DNA of 64,000 bases, taken from Adineta vaga. Lineage: Eukaryota; Animalia; Rotifera. The DNA lies in assembly GCA_021613535.1 (NCBI GenBank), contig CP075496.1, positions 2,232,001 to 2,296,000 on the forward strand, written 5' to 3'. The translations under genes and the position numbers were made by a program. This document shows positions 45,471 through 61,600 of this stretch, one piece after another. Position 1 is the first letter of the stretch. Each line of letters begins with the position of its first letter. The notes beneath the pieces were generated by a model. That model was not told where the DNA came from and did not search any database. It saw nothing but the letters and a program-made list of their open reading frames with translations.

Positions 45471-46493
45471 ATCTCGATCAATTGTAGATTAGTGACATTT
45501 GTTTTCTCTCTTTCTGTGTCATATGTTCTTATCAGTATATCTTTGTGTTCTCTTAGAATAATACTATAAATAAATGTTCATATTTAGAACTCAATTACAT
45601 GCAAATTGATCAATAATGGTCAAAAAAAAAAGGATCTGTATCAAAAAATTGAAAGAATAAATTTTTCGTAGTTATAAGATTTAATTTCATAAATTGCAAG
45701 AAACAAAATAAAAACACTTTTCTTTTCTGCTTATTTATTCAATGAACTTTCTACAAAAAAATAAACATTTTATTTTACTTTTCCTACAAAATGAATATGC
45801 ATTACATCTTCTTTTGAACTACAAACAGCGACTGGTCAGCTGAGTTAAACAAATCTAAAAGTCTTCGATAAACGAGGTTTTTGAGAATACATCATTCTGG
45901 ATATCGAATAGAGTATTTAAGAAATAGTCATCTTCCCAAATCTATAACAAAAAACAAAGTTTCAGCGAATCAAACGAAAGATATAGTGATCAGTTCAACC
46001 AGCACTAGGAAAAATAAATAGAGAAATACATTTGTATTCGAAGAAATATCCGCGCGAAGTGATACATATAAGCATGTGTCTCGAAGTAAAATTCTCGAAT
46101 AAAGCTATCGAGAACGGAAAATAAAAACAATTCTTCCCCTTAATTGTACTGATGTTCATGTGATCCTAGATGGTGTACAAGAGTCCAGGCTCACTCGTGA
46201 ATTGTGACTGAAAACACTTTATACCGATTATGAATTTACTGATAACAAAATCGTTTTTATATTAATCTATAAGTAATCATAATTTAACCTATATTTTCTA
46301 TTGCGATGAAAATGTGACGTTGTCGTTAGAAAATAGACAACATGGGAATTCATTTAAAACTCCAAAATATCGTGTCAATAAATGTAGTTCACTCACTTTT
46401 GAGTAAAAATGTAGCTTCAATGATTTATTTGAGAATATTAATTTTATATCAAACTGTCATTTACTTACTTTTTGTTCTAATCATACAAAGAGA

Positions 46494-47782
46494 TGAATGA
46501 TTGTATGTTGTTATTTACAACGATTATCTATGACAGGTTTGTATGAAAAATATATTTTCGTCTTTGATAATGTTCATCAGATACACATCGTAAAAGAAAT
46601 TGTAGTGTAACAAAAGAAAATAGGAAGATATGTGAAACAACATCACGTCGTTTGGGTAGAATAATTACAGCATCATCCAGTATTTACGAAAAACTAATTA
46701 ATGTTGCTGATGTAAGTAGATAAAAATCTTAACTAGATGAATTTTTATCCAAAATTAAATGACAATTTCTAATACTTTAATTAGATATGTCATGTACAGT
46801 CTGGGTAAGATGCAATTATCTCTTATTTTGTTTCTGATAGTCATATCTCGTTGGATCAATATTAATCGGTACGCCAACACAAGTATTCTCTGTAGGTTTT
46901 GATACAGGATCATCTGATTTATGAATCTCATCAATCAAATATGTGAACAAATGTGGTAAGATTTTGAAATCATTTGTGATATACAAATAAATATAATGCA
47001 AATTCTTCTCGTACATATATACCCAATGGGGAGAATTTTTGATTTGTATATGGTGATGGATCATCCGTTACTGGTATTTTTAGTATTGATACAGTTACAG
47101 TATGTAATACTAATTGTATTTCGATTAGAGACTGTTGAATACGTTTGATATATTCTAATCAGAAGAGATCTTTTTGAAAATATTTCTATCAAAAAAGTGT
47201 TCACATCTATTGATGATTCGTATATCGTTCTTGGTGGTACTTATGATTCATATGTCACTATGGTATATAAAACATTCAATATTTATTAAGAAAATATTCA
47301 TTTTGTTTTAGTATACAGTCGATTGTATGAAACGTCCACTATCGTCATTTCCTAATGTTACTTTTGTAATTGATGGACAAGCATTTACCTTAACACCATT
47401 ACAATACATCTCAATTCTAAATAATGATGATGGAACTTATGTTTGTTATACAATTTTTCTTCAATCGAATATATATGATTCAAATGGAAATTTCTTTTGG
47501 ATCTTGGGCAATTATTTTCTTGAACGGTTTTATTCTGTAATCGATATTATAAACAATCAGGTCAGATTTACTACATCAATTTCTTATAATTGGACACAAT
47601 CTATCGATTCAGTATTATTTCCTAATACAGAATTCACAACAGTAGCTATTGTATCAACTCTAAAGAGTACAATGATAACGACACCGGTAACATTTCTTGC
47701 ATCGAAAATGACAATAACTATGACTAATACTACAGAGAACATTGTATGGATATTAACATTGTTACTAATCAAAACTTTTTGA
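46494..47782 (+). pseudogene. Degraded pepsin/cathepsin-D-like aspartic protease
   Basis: GSILIGTPTQVFSVGFDTGSSDL*IS (TGA 46922-24), NF*FVYGDGSSVTG (TGA 47040-42), no second DTG/DSG motif found; C-terminal exon YTVDC..PNVTFVIDGQAFTLTPLQY..WILGNYFLERFYSV intact. The 5' boundary is approximate. Confidence 0.85.
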
Positions 47783-50315
47783 GAAATTTTCTTCTACGTT
47801 GATCCCTACATCATACAGAACGATCAAATAAATGAGATCACATTCGATATCTTAAAATCATTCCCTAGTTAGCCATTGTTTCTTTCATTCAATAAGTAGG
47901 AAACAATATTTTCTATATGTTTCATTTTTGACAAGTAATTCATAATAGATTAATCTTTCAACAACTAATTTTCACTCTAATCAACTTTTATATAATCTAT
48001 CTTCTAATATAAACATTGATAAAATCGCTAAAGCATGTTTCTTCAAATGATGTTGCCAACGGATTCGTTGTACTAAAACTAAATCATGTGTGTATGTGTA
48101 TGTATTTGTTTTTTGTATGATACTTATTGTCATAAATGATATGAATGATCATTAGAACGTCAAGAAAATTTTCATAGACATGTATGCATATCAAGTAGAA
48201 TATTGAAGTGATGATCGAGTCATAAAAACATTGTCGGTGTTTAAATCCAAAATGATTATGATTGCATTTGTCCAATATTGAGCATGACAAAATTATACAT
48301 ACTTATTCCATTGAATAAATATTCTCGATCTATTTGATGATCAAAACGTTTTATCGTTATACATCACACTTGCTCCTCTTCGTCTATTTCTAGTGACATT
48401 GAAATCACCTCTCATAAAAATATCAACAGCTATGTGTAATATTTGTTATTTCTCTCAGCAGATAACATGATCATTCCTATGTGTTGTTTGTTTTTTCTTT
48501 GACAGCAAAAGGAGAAAAAATAAATGTATGCAGCGGTTGATATCTGTCGTTATTGTACATGTGTTTCACAGCGGATAGCATAGATAATGAGGATAACAGA
48601 GAAAGAAAATTAACGAATATCACTTCTTGATAATCAAGCTACTTGTTTCTAATGATGTGATATAGAAACGACTAAATCGATCTTTGAATTGATCATATCA
48701 GATTTGAATTAATAACTATATCCAAGGTTTTACTATTGTATATCTTTATATTTATTGAAGATCTTATCAAATAAACTTATGTAAGTATCTCAATAAGGAA
48801 TGCCATATGTTTCATCAAAGAATATAGATCAAAACAAAAAAAGTTCATTATTCTAGGCAAACTTTCGAGCAATATGGTTGTTAGCATCAGAGAGAATGAA
48901 TGCTCGAAGGATAGTCTCATTTCTTCTTCTTTTTCTTCTTCTTTTTTTTGATGTTGTCATTGCCATTGTTATACACACGTCATGTTTTTTTTGTGTTCGA
49001 TGTCTGCTATGCCGTGTGTGTGTGTGTTTTTCTATACTCATATCAACTCTCATTATCATCTGTAAGCAATAGTTAATCCTTGCCATTTAGCGTCACTATA
49101 CTTGCTTATGCATACTGGATCATTGAGAGTAAAAGATGGTATATCTCAAGCAAATCGAATGGGATCGAGGAAAAAAACGTAACATATTCATTTTTAACAA
49201 TTTTATCTTCGCAGTTTGTTTTTTTTCTGTTCTTCGATTAAATTTAAATATGGCAAATGTAATGTGATCTTCTCTTCTGCCATACAAACATGCGTATGCA
49301 ATCGTCATACTATTGAGGCGTGAACCGCCTTTGTAATGCGAAGCTCAAACGTTTGTTATTTGTTTTTCTCAATCAAAATTCCGTTCATCACATGTCTGTG
49401 ATTTTTATCTAATATACATAGTTGAAATAAATAGATGAAAAGTCAAAATCCAAATTATGTAGAAAACCCATAAGGAAAAGAAAAGATGATCTATTATTCT
49501 TCTCGTTTTGTTTCATTTATACAATTGATAGATTGATTGTACAAGGCGGATATTGATGATAGCATGTCGCTTCTCTTGGTGATTAGTATTGATAAATTGC
49601 TCAATATAACACTGATTTACTCATCAATAAAATACGATGTTCAATATCATCAATGACGAATGAAGTTTTCTCTGCACATGTTCTCGACTGATACAGTGTC
49701 TCTTCCTGTCTGTATGTGTATTCATATATACATGGATACAGTTGATTGTAGATCAATTCGTCTCTGGACACATACACGCACGCGTATATGTTGACATCTG
49801 ATAGGGCTGAAGCGTGTGCGTGCTATACCGTGTTGAATCGACCGTATATATAGGGTGGAGAAATCGTGTACAACAATTAGCTTTATATATATATAGATAG
49901 ATTCGTTTGAAAATACTATTCCAAAGAGAAGATCATTTCCGATCTAACGATATATGTTTGAAGTTGATATATAGTTACACCGGCTACATAGTTTAATCAA
50001 AGTTCTATTCAGTAAAAGTCTAATGAACAAAAAAATGAGGAAAGAAGAAATTGTCTTTCCTTCTTTGTCGAAATTAATCAATGGATGAATGATACCCGAA
50101 GAAGAAAATGAGAAAAGATAGAGGTACCAATTGTTTATGTCACTCAACCAAAGCAGACCATAGTTAAACTAACAGAAAGGAAACAAAAAAAATCTAGGAG
50201 TGCTGACGATCCCATTATCGAGAAAAAGAAGAAAAGATGTCGATGCTTATTTAATTATTTTCTCATTAATCCGTTAATTGGCTACGTTGTAAGATATATG
50301 TTTAGAACTAGAACG

Positions 50316-50356
50316 AAAGAAGAAGAAGGAGAAGAAGAAGAAGAAGAAGAAGAGAG
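50316..50356. repeat. (GAA)n purine-rich microsatellite
   Basis: aagaagaagaaggagaagaagaagaagaagaagaagag, seen directly. Confidence 0.7.
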
Positions 50357-52854
50357 AAAAACCGATAGATGAATGGATATTGTCAGAAAAACAGAAAGAA
50401 TTTACTATTCTTGTCTGATTGAAAGACAAGCACAATTTTCTTTTCTTGAATATTTTTAAAGAATATATTGATGTTCTAAATCTTCATTAACTATTCGATT
50501 TTTATAAATTTGATAATACCATGGACAAATGCTATTGGCGTTACTGGTAGGTATCAATCTTATTATCTTTTTCTTTCTCATCACTGTTTTTATTATATCT
50601 TCATCTAATACAAGATTGATTGCATGTGAATAAGAAACGAAAGACAAAAATGAAACGCGAAGAAGACGAAAAAAAATAAAGACAACGGTACACAAAACCC
50701 AATTCTTCTATCTATTTGTGTCTCGTCGTAGATAGGAAGTATACATAGACTATTGACATACATGCATATGTGCATATATATGTATATGTGTATATATTCA
50801 ATCTAGTCAACTAGATTTTCATCGTTGTTTGTTTAAACAATGTGAATAAAGACAGAGAATTTGGTCGTCATCTTTGGAGAAGAGCTCATATGATGGCGCG
50901 ACAGCACGTTACGATGAATGAACAAATGTGAAATCTATGATACATTATCTATTCGAAGGTGTATGTTAATCTTTGTACTTGAACGTATGTGAAGAAGCTA
51001 GATGAGTGAATATCATATATAAGGGATCAACGTAAATACAGAAAGAAAGAGTGAAAGAGAAAAAAAAAGAACGTTAAGTATGTCGTAGTAAGAATAAAAC
51101 TGTCTTATTCTCTTCATTCTCTGTCAATGTGTAGTGTATACAATGTCGATCCTCCATAACTTTTGTGATTGAAATGACGATGACGATGAAAATTCGAGGA
51201 CGTGATCAACTGCGAGACATAACAACGAGTAAGCTTGACATTTCCCTATAAATGTAACTAGGACATTTGAATTGTTCTTTTATCAATGACAAAATATTCA
51301 TCAATTGTTGTCATATGTTCATAAGAAAATACATCGATATAACTTTTTCAGTTTTGAAAATATGAAATTTTCCTTTTCTTTTAGTTTTTTTCTCCATACT
51401 CGAATATGATTGGTGTTTGAGTATTATAAAAATGTGATTAATTCTCATTGGATTCTCTTTTTTTTCTCTGCTCACACTAGATTCAGTGCTATATGAGTAA
51501 AAGAAATCGGATATTCATCCATTCTTTTTCTCTCTCTTTCTTCCTCTTTTTTCTTCTCTATTTATGCGGCACTCTCGTCTCATTCGATGGTTCCCTTACA
51601 TGCACCATCATTCTTATTATTGTATAAAAAAAATGCAAATATGTGAGTGTGTAGGAGAAAGGAAGAGGGAGAGATGAAGAGAGGAGAGGAGAAGAGAAGA
51701 GAAAAAAACGAGTTAGTCTTCTATGTGAATATCTCATGTTGTAAAATCAGAGCATTTTGTTCGAAGTATAGTCCTTCTTATTTCCTTTTTATCAATCAAA
51801 CTGATTTTGACCTTTTTGAATAAATGGTATTTTCATTAGATTTATAGTCTCTCACATACGTACGCCCCAAAGTTGTATCATCTCTTCATAGCATCAAAAT
51901 TTGTTGTGCGCTCTTTCGGTAAGTGATCTTTCTTTTTTTCTTTCATTGCTTCGCTCATGTGATTTTAGCATTTGATCAAATACACCTGTGATGGTGATAT
52001 TTGTTCACCAAAAAAAAAGAAGAAAAATATAAAATAGAAAGAAAAGAAAAGAAACTCTTGTGACACATCCTACTGAAAAGAAAAAGACGTTGACATTATC
52101 ACTGTCAATGTTAATAAGAAGAAGAAAAAGAAAGAAGACGAAGAAACGAGAATGACATTTATTCAGAATTTGTAATAATCTTCTATCTATGACCATGGGT
52201 TATTATTATCAAACGGACTTTTTTTCTTCGTATTTACATGAAAGACTAAAATAATCAAATCTCATTAAGATTTCATGAAAGAAAAAAAGAAGAGGAAGAG
52301 ACGTTCGATAAGGCCTCGCTAGACGGAGAGAAACGTTTTGAGATCTTTGTTACCCATTTCGAAGTTGTATTTTATCTTGATGTTGCATTGAGGGTGTGAT
52401 AATGAGATGAAAACGAGTACAAACGAAGATCGTAATCGATCATTCGTATTATAAAATCATCATGAAGAAGAAAATCGATTGGATGAATGTTTTTCAACAT
52501 CTCCAATCATATAGATTTCCGATTGTTATCAGTTAAGTAACCATAGAAATGAAATAATCGATGTTTTGGATAACGAAAAGTCTTAAAATCAAAAACTAAG
52601 TTTTTTTTCTGAGAAAGAAAAATCGACGAAGGGGACTAGAAAGATTCATCCTACCGTTGATAATACAAGTATTGACAATGAGACGACTGTTTCTCGGTTA
52701 TATGTATATATTTGTGCTCTAACGCTGAACTTTCGGAGCGCTATTCACTGATATTTAGAAGCGAAAAGTCAATGTATTATCAATGAGAATATCGTCTCGT
52801 TTTTTTTTTCTCTCTCTTTATTCTTGGTAGCCACTGCCTATGTGTACAATGATA

Positions 52855-52935
52855 AGGTCGCGTCATTTCTAAAAATGTTAAACATTCTTTTTATGCCATT
52901 TTTGGCACACGCCCGCCCGCTGTCGTCATCGTCAT
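52855..52935 (+). promoter_or_regulatory. Candidate NR4A immediate-early promoter/enhancer (CRE half-sites, CArG box, GC box)
   Basis: CGTCA at 52861, 52924 and 52930; perfect CArG CCATTTTTGG 52896-52905; GCCCGCCCGC 52911-52920; MEF2-like CTAAAAATGT 52869-52878. Confidence 0.55.
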
Positions 52936-53001
52936 CGGTACGCGACACAAAAGGTTAGTTATATTTCATTTCTATATTCGCGCTTACGATGGACACCCAA
53001 A

Positions 53002-53021
53002 TATATATATATATATATATA
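53002..53021. repeat. (AT)n microsatellite
   Basis: atatatatatatatatata, seen directly. Confidence 0.75.
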
Positions 53022-54353
53022 CCGTTGGACATAAAACCGAAGAAAAGAAAAAAATATCTATGATTCTATAATCATATTTCTCTTTATGTGACCTTTTTTT
53101 TGGCTAAGATTCAAGAAAATATGTACATATGTACCTGTCAATCATTGACACGTGTATTTAGTGGCGGCAAATTTGTTTTTATTGAAATGATCCTCATGTA
53201 AATGATCGCTACATGTGGATGTACACATTACTACATCTAATGTAGTTTGAGAAGTGTGTTTGTTAGCAGCATCACTTTTTTTTCATAGCTCTGATCTTCA
53301 TGAAATAATTATAGAAACATTGTATTAGGATGAACAAATGTTTTAGTGAAACGAAACACTTGTTATGTGCTTATCTGTATATTTATGTATGTAGATAGAT
53401 TTACTAAATCTATCCATTTGTTTCTGATGTACATGATACAAAGACAGTGATCAATGACTAGGCAATTAGATCTGAAGATGAAGAAGAAGAAGAAGAAAAA
53501 GGAGAGAAAACAGAATCAATTTGTCGACATGTAGAATACATAAGTAAATTCTTATTTTTGTGATCTTGTCTATGAGATAACTTACGATCTTTTTCTTTTG
53601 ATCTTACTTGTTTTCTCATTCATCATCCGGATGTTCAATTCATTGTGTTGACAGGATACTACAATACTTGTTGTACCTCATCTTCTATCTACGTGTTGTC
53701 CCTTTCAGATATCCTGTACATATCATCTTCAAACGTGTAGAAGATACCGCTTGTACATACAATCGCACGCGTATACTGTCAATCAGTTTGTTAGTTAAAT
53801 TAGCTTCAAGATGTTTAGCGATCATCATCATTATCATCTCATTCTTCTCTTATTGTTTAGGAAGAAAAAAGAAATGAGATGAAGATGAAGAAGAAGAAAA
53901 TCTGGAAATAATTTAAGATCAGGAGTCTATATCTTTAATGAATGCAGAAGCGAACAACACGTGTTCGAACTGTCAGAATCAACAACGGGAGACTCGCATA
54001 ATGTAAACATATAAGAATAGACAGACTAAAAAGCTTGATCAATTGTAAGCAAGACTCTAATTAACTCAAAATTATAAAAAAAGAAGGAAAAAAGAAAGAC
54101 TATAGTAAATTGGGAAGTGATGTTGATGATGAGCATGAGCAGTAATGGGAGTTTAAAGAAGAAGATGAAGAAGCATTTCTACTCGTGCTAAATGTCATCA
54201 ATGGCATTCGGCTATGTTCGATAATCGACCTTTTCGAAGTTAGACATGCGAATTTCGTTAAGAGTATTGCTTATTGATAACGAGAAGAAAAAAAATTCAA
54301 TTATCTGATTGTATGGAGATCGTTTTTTTTTCTCTTGTTCTAGTGCTCGTCTC

Positions 54354-56951
<2,598 letters not shown>

Positions 56952-57561
56952 AAATGAAATTTCTCTCTCTCTAGACAAGTATTAATTCAATCATGAACTC
57001 TCCTCACCGATATTCATCAGTAGTTATATTTAAGTCATATGGATCACAACATATTGTCTTCCAAAAATCACTTCTACACCTATATTTTTGATTGTCTTTC
57101 GTTTCTTCTTCTTCTTCTTCTTATTATTATTATTGTTGTACAGCATTCTATTTCATAATCATCAGAAAAACTATCATGTTTGACAGATGAAAAACACAAA
57201 ATATTGTATTTTCTGTCTTCGAACTTTTTCGATCTTCCCCATATACATCCATTGTCATCTGTAAACCATCGTTATTAAATGACCAATTTTTTTCTTATGC
57301 TTGTATACAATCGACGTGGTCTTCGTTTCATTTTTTTATTATCTCTGTCAGACGTACAGAGACTACTTTTTTCTTTCTCTTTCTTTTTTTCCTACTAACT
57401 ATTATGCGCGATTATATAATAAATTGAAGAACTTAAGAATTCTGTTTTGATATTAATTATAAAAAGGAAAATATTCTTGCCTAATGTGAGTGACGAAATA
57501 AAATATCAATATCAGATGATCATATCTTTTATTAAAAATAACCAAATAAAAAAAAACTAAT

Positions 57562-57840
57562 CTATAATTCATTCTGCTCTGTTACTGTACTATAATTTGT
57601 ATTCGTTGATGAAACGACAGCACTGTACGGAGGTGGTAGATGATCAATTGTTGATGCCCAGAAAACTGAAGAACAATTCTGTTGTGATTGATTTGGTTGA
57701 GCAATGAAAAACACATGCGTTGGATATGGTAGTATTTGTTGAGAAGTACGATTCACTCGTATACGATACATGGTTATGATAATTACAATAATCGTAATTG
57801 TTATACAGATCAAGACGATATAAGGTAAAAGAGAGAGCAT
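57562..57840 (-). CDS. Small single-pass membrane protein with a PPxY motif (92 aa)
   Basis: ATG start, hydrophobic IVLICITITIIVIIITMY followed by basic RIR, then cytosolic LPPPYS. Confidence 0.6.
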   Translation of the reverse strand: MLSLLPYIVLICITITIIVIIITMYRIRVNRTSQQILPYPTHVFFIAQPNQSQQNCSSVFWASTIDHLPPPYSAVVSSTNTNYSTVTEQNEL

Positions 57841-58683
57841 ATTTGATTAAATTTCACTTTATTATACTATTATGCAGAAGTCGAGAAGTTTGTTCTGATA
57901 ATTGCAGTAAAGATGAGAATGTAAATGAAAAGAAAAAGATTATAGTCTTTTTTTTTTCTATTTCATTTCAGATGTTATAATTGTGAAGAAGAGTAGATAA
58001 TTATAAAGATGCACTTTCGTATTTGCACATCCTCGCACTGAGTGGAATCTTGATAATAAACTCTCATTATCTATTCGAGGATAAAAAAAGGAAAAAGATG
58101 TTCATTTAGATCTTTTTAAAAATTCTCTATAGAAAATATTTTGTTATTTTTTGAGTATTCTACTTTTAGATATCTTATAAATAACTGATCTAATAAAAGA
58201 ATCATAATTTACACACAGTAATTCAAAGGAAATACTTTGATCTACTGAGAGATAATTACTAGTTCACTAATTCATTACGTTGATAAACTTTAAAAATAAC
58301 TACATATAAATCTCTTATCAATAATCCTATTATCAGACTAACAAATCAGAGAATATTAGCATTCTTTTTTTCGTAATAGTCATTCATATTATTCTTAAGG
58401 GGGTGAGGCTGCGGGTGCGTTTGATATATCATCTTCAAATCTTCGGTGAAATACGCACTGGTATTCGTACCACCCACGTGTTACACCTGCAACTGGTTAT
58501 AAAGTTTATCATCGTGATCGTTGCCAGTATAGTACAACTTTTGTTCATGGTTGTCATATTTAATTAGTTTTTGCAATCAAAAAAAAAGAAGAAGAATACA
58601 ACATTTTTAATCTAATAAATAAAATCCCTGACGATTAACTAAAACACATCACCGCATTCTTGAAGAACCGGATAGATCTATTG

Positions 58684-61600
58684 TTAATCATTAACAGCAT
58701 TGGAAGTTAAATTTTGCTGTTGATGATCATTTGAAATACGTGTATGAAGATCAGTAAAGATTTGTTCAATAGCTTGTTTTAACATTAAATCACGTTTATC
58801 TGAACTTTGAGAAACCTTTTTTTTATATAGAAAAAAACAACTATTGGAGAAATAGAAAAACAAAGATATTTACTGTAGAATAAAAGCTTTCTAGTTCATT
58901 GAGACGTTTATGTAAATCATCAACAAGATGATTGATGACTGGCATACGTTGATCATTTGGATTTGAGTCACTTAAATAGAGAAATAGAAAGAATACATTT
59001 TCTGAACATTATCTAAGTACATACATTGATTTATGTTTATTAATTTCTGTTGGTGGATAATCTAAAATAGTTAAACTTCGTCGTATCGGCATTTCATTTA
59101 GATTATTGATTAATTCATTTGTGACATCTAATGAATCCGAACTTTCCATTGATGACGTACTTGTAGAATGTTTTTTTGGTGATGAAGATGATGGAATATC
59201 TTGTAAAAGTAAAGGTTTTAATCCAAGAACAACTGTTCGATAAAAACAATCTTGTGCCCATTTTGGCATTAGATCATTTGTTGAAGTATCTAATGTAGCT
59301 GATGGTAAAGTAGATTCTTGTAAAGATGATGAAAGATATTGTTTTAGTTTTGTTGGAGATGATGCGTTCGAAGAGGAGGAAGAAGTCGCTGACAATAATA
59401 GATTATTAGCAGGTGTAGGTAAATTCGGCGGACGTCGAGAAACGAAAGCGACTTTAGTTCGACGTACTGGTAATGGTTTTGTTGGTTCTATATTGACAGT
59501 GGGTGTGATTGTCGGCGGATCAGCAAGATTTTGTGTTGAACGAGATTTAATCATAGGCTTCGTTGACGATGAACGAGCATCAAATGCTACAACTGATGGA
59601 ACACAACGTGTTCGAGAAGAAGATATTAATAAGGATGTAGTTGATGATGAGGAAAGAAGTGCAGTAGAAGGTTGTGAAATAGAAGACAATGAACTATCAC
59701 GAAGTTTATTCATTGAACTTGATGTATGAGCAGCATAGGATGGTAGTTGAGAATTTGAAGATGACGAGGATGTGGTTGTTGTATCGTTACTACTATCAAA
59801 AACAGAAAAACACGGTCCACGATAACGATCTTCAGAACGTGTACGAAGAGCTAAAATGAAAAGAAATAAATTGAAATGATTTCATTATATTTTATAAGAC
59901 TTACCACGAGCGTCCCGTCTTAAATACGGTTTTGATGCTGTAATTTTAGTTTCGCCTGCCGTCGTCGTTGTTGTTATTACTGTTTGTGATCGTATATATT
60001 TACTTTGCCGATTGGCCGTTTTAGCTGGTGAAACTGATGAATTATCTATTTGCGTTGTATCAACTGATGTTGTGGATGTATCAGGTATTCTAGACAAAGA
60101 TTCAATTAAATACGTTTTTCTTTAAGATTTTGTTTTACGATGTATCTTTGGGAACCGAACGAAAACGAGATGAAACACTCTTTCGTCGTTTGATTTCATT
60201 TGATGAAACAAGTCCATCATGAACTAATGTACTATTGGTGACATTTTCGTGATCATAATTTTCTGCAAAAAATGAATTCATTTTACTGGATGTATTGTCC
60301 GTTGTTGTAGAATATGTTCGATCACCATCTAAAGATATACATGAAGAATGAATAAGAAGTTTTGATATCATAGAAAAAAAAATTGTCAAACCATCATCGA
60401 GAAAAACTGATTCATCATCTTGTGAACTAACGGAATGAAATGCTTTACTTGGTGATCTAAAAATATGTTTTGAGAAAGAGAAACTTGAAGAGAAAAAGTA
60501 TTCTTTACTGTTCAGTAGTGATATCAAGTAGTTTTGCTCGCATTAGTTTTGATTCAAATGGCTAAATAAAGAAGAAATTCATTGAATATTCGTCTTTTCT
60601 AATGAATACAAACCGATGAAGATAAATCAGTTGTTCCCCAAACACTACGTGAATGTTTCAATTTTAGTTGACGATCATCACTGATACTAAGAGACTAAAA
60701 TTGATAGAATACAAATAACTATTAATCAAAAGAGAAACAAATCGACGAGAATAATACTTGTGATATAGATTCATCAGCATCAGTTCTAGAAGAAAATACT
60801 TTAATTTCTGGTCTAAAGAACGATTTATCATATTTACGCTTCGACATCTATTGATTTTGTTAATGAAATTGGTTGACTTCGACATGTTGTTGGTACTGTT
60901 GCCAATTCGGTCGTATTCCATACGAAAATACAGCTGAAATTCATATTCCAAACGAATTCAATGAAGAAAGAACTTCATCATTTTCTCATACCTATCACCC
61001 GAAATTGTAAATAAATGACGTCCATCTTGACTAAATTTCAAATCAGTAACTATTTCACTATGTCCACAAAGTGTTGCAACACATTCTGAAGTAATTGTAT
61101 CCCATATATACACATATTTATTTGAACATGACGTTGCTAAATATCTTCCTGATGCATCCATATCGATTTTTATCAAATAACCTGTATCATCACCAACTGT
61201 TCCTTTACGTGTTCGAACTCTTTTACCATCTTGTAAATTATAAGCTCTAAAAAACTCAACAACACATTTTCGTAAAATCATTTCCTATACAAACATTAAA
61301 CTTTACCTTATCATTCGATCTTGACAAGCTGTATTAACTAGTTCACGTGAATGATCAATAGCTAAATCATAGAATGTTTGTTTTTCGACAATATTATTCG
61401 AACGTATGAATTGATATTTTCCATTATCATTCTAAATTAGAGATTAAATGAATGTAGAAAAAGAAGAATTTTTAACTAAAAATCTAATATTTTTACTTTT
61501 ATCACTGAACGAAATATTAAAGATTTATCTGCACTACATGAAATCAATTGTAACGTTGAAGTTATCGATGAATATGTAAAGCGTACAGCTGTTATAGCTG

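Noticed and set aside
46922-47042. Two in-frame TGA codons suggesting TGA=Trp/Sec recoding
   Set aside because: TGA is the normal stop in ABCH, LETM1 and TBC1D31 here, TGG encodes Trp throughout, and the gene also lacks its second catalytic motif, so a pseudogene is simpler
53394-53414. Perfect 10-bp inverted repeat GATAGATTTA-C-TAAATCTATC
   Set aside because: Short and AT-rich, so plausible by chance in 64 kb, with no supporting context
48084-53877. Short ORFs (60-90 aa) upstream of NR4A
   Set aside because: Low-complexity F/L/K-rich translations of purine/pyrimidine tracts, with no motifs or exon chain
58444-58458. CGGTGAAATACGCA resembling an SSU rRNA motif
   Set aside because: Only about 12 nt of similarity, and the flanks do not resemble rRNA
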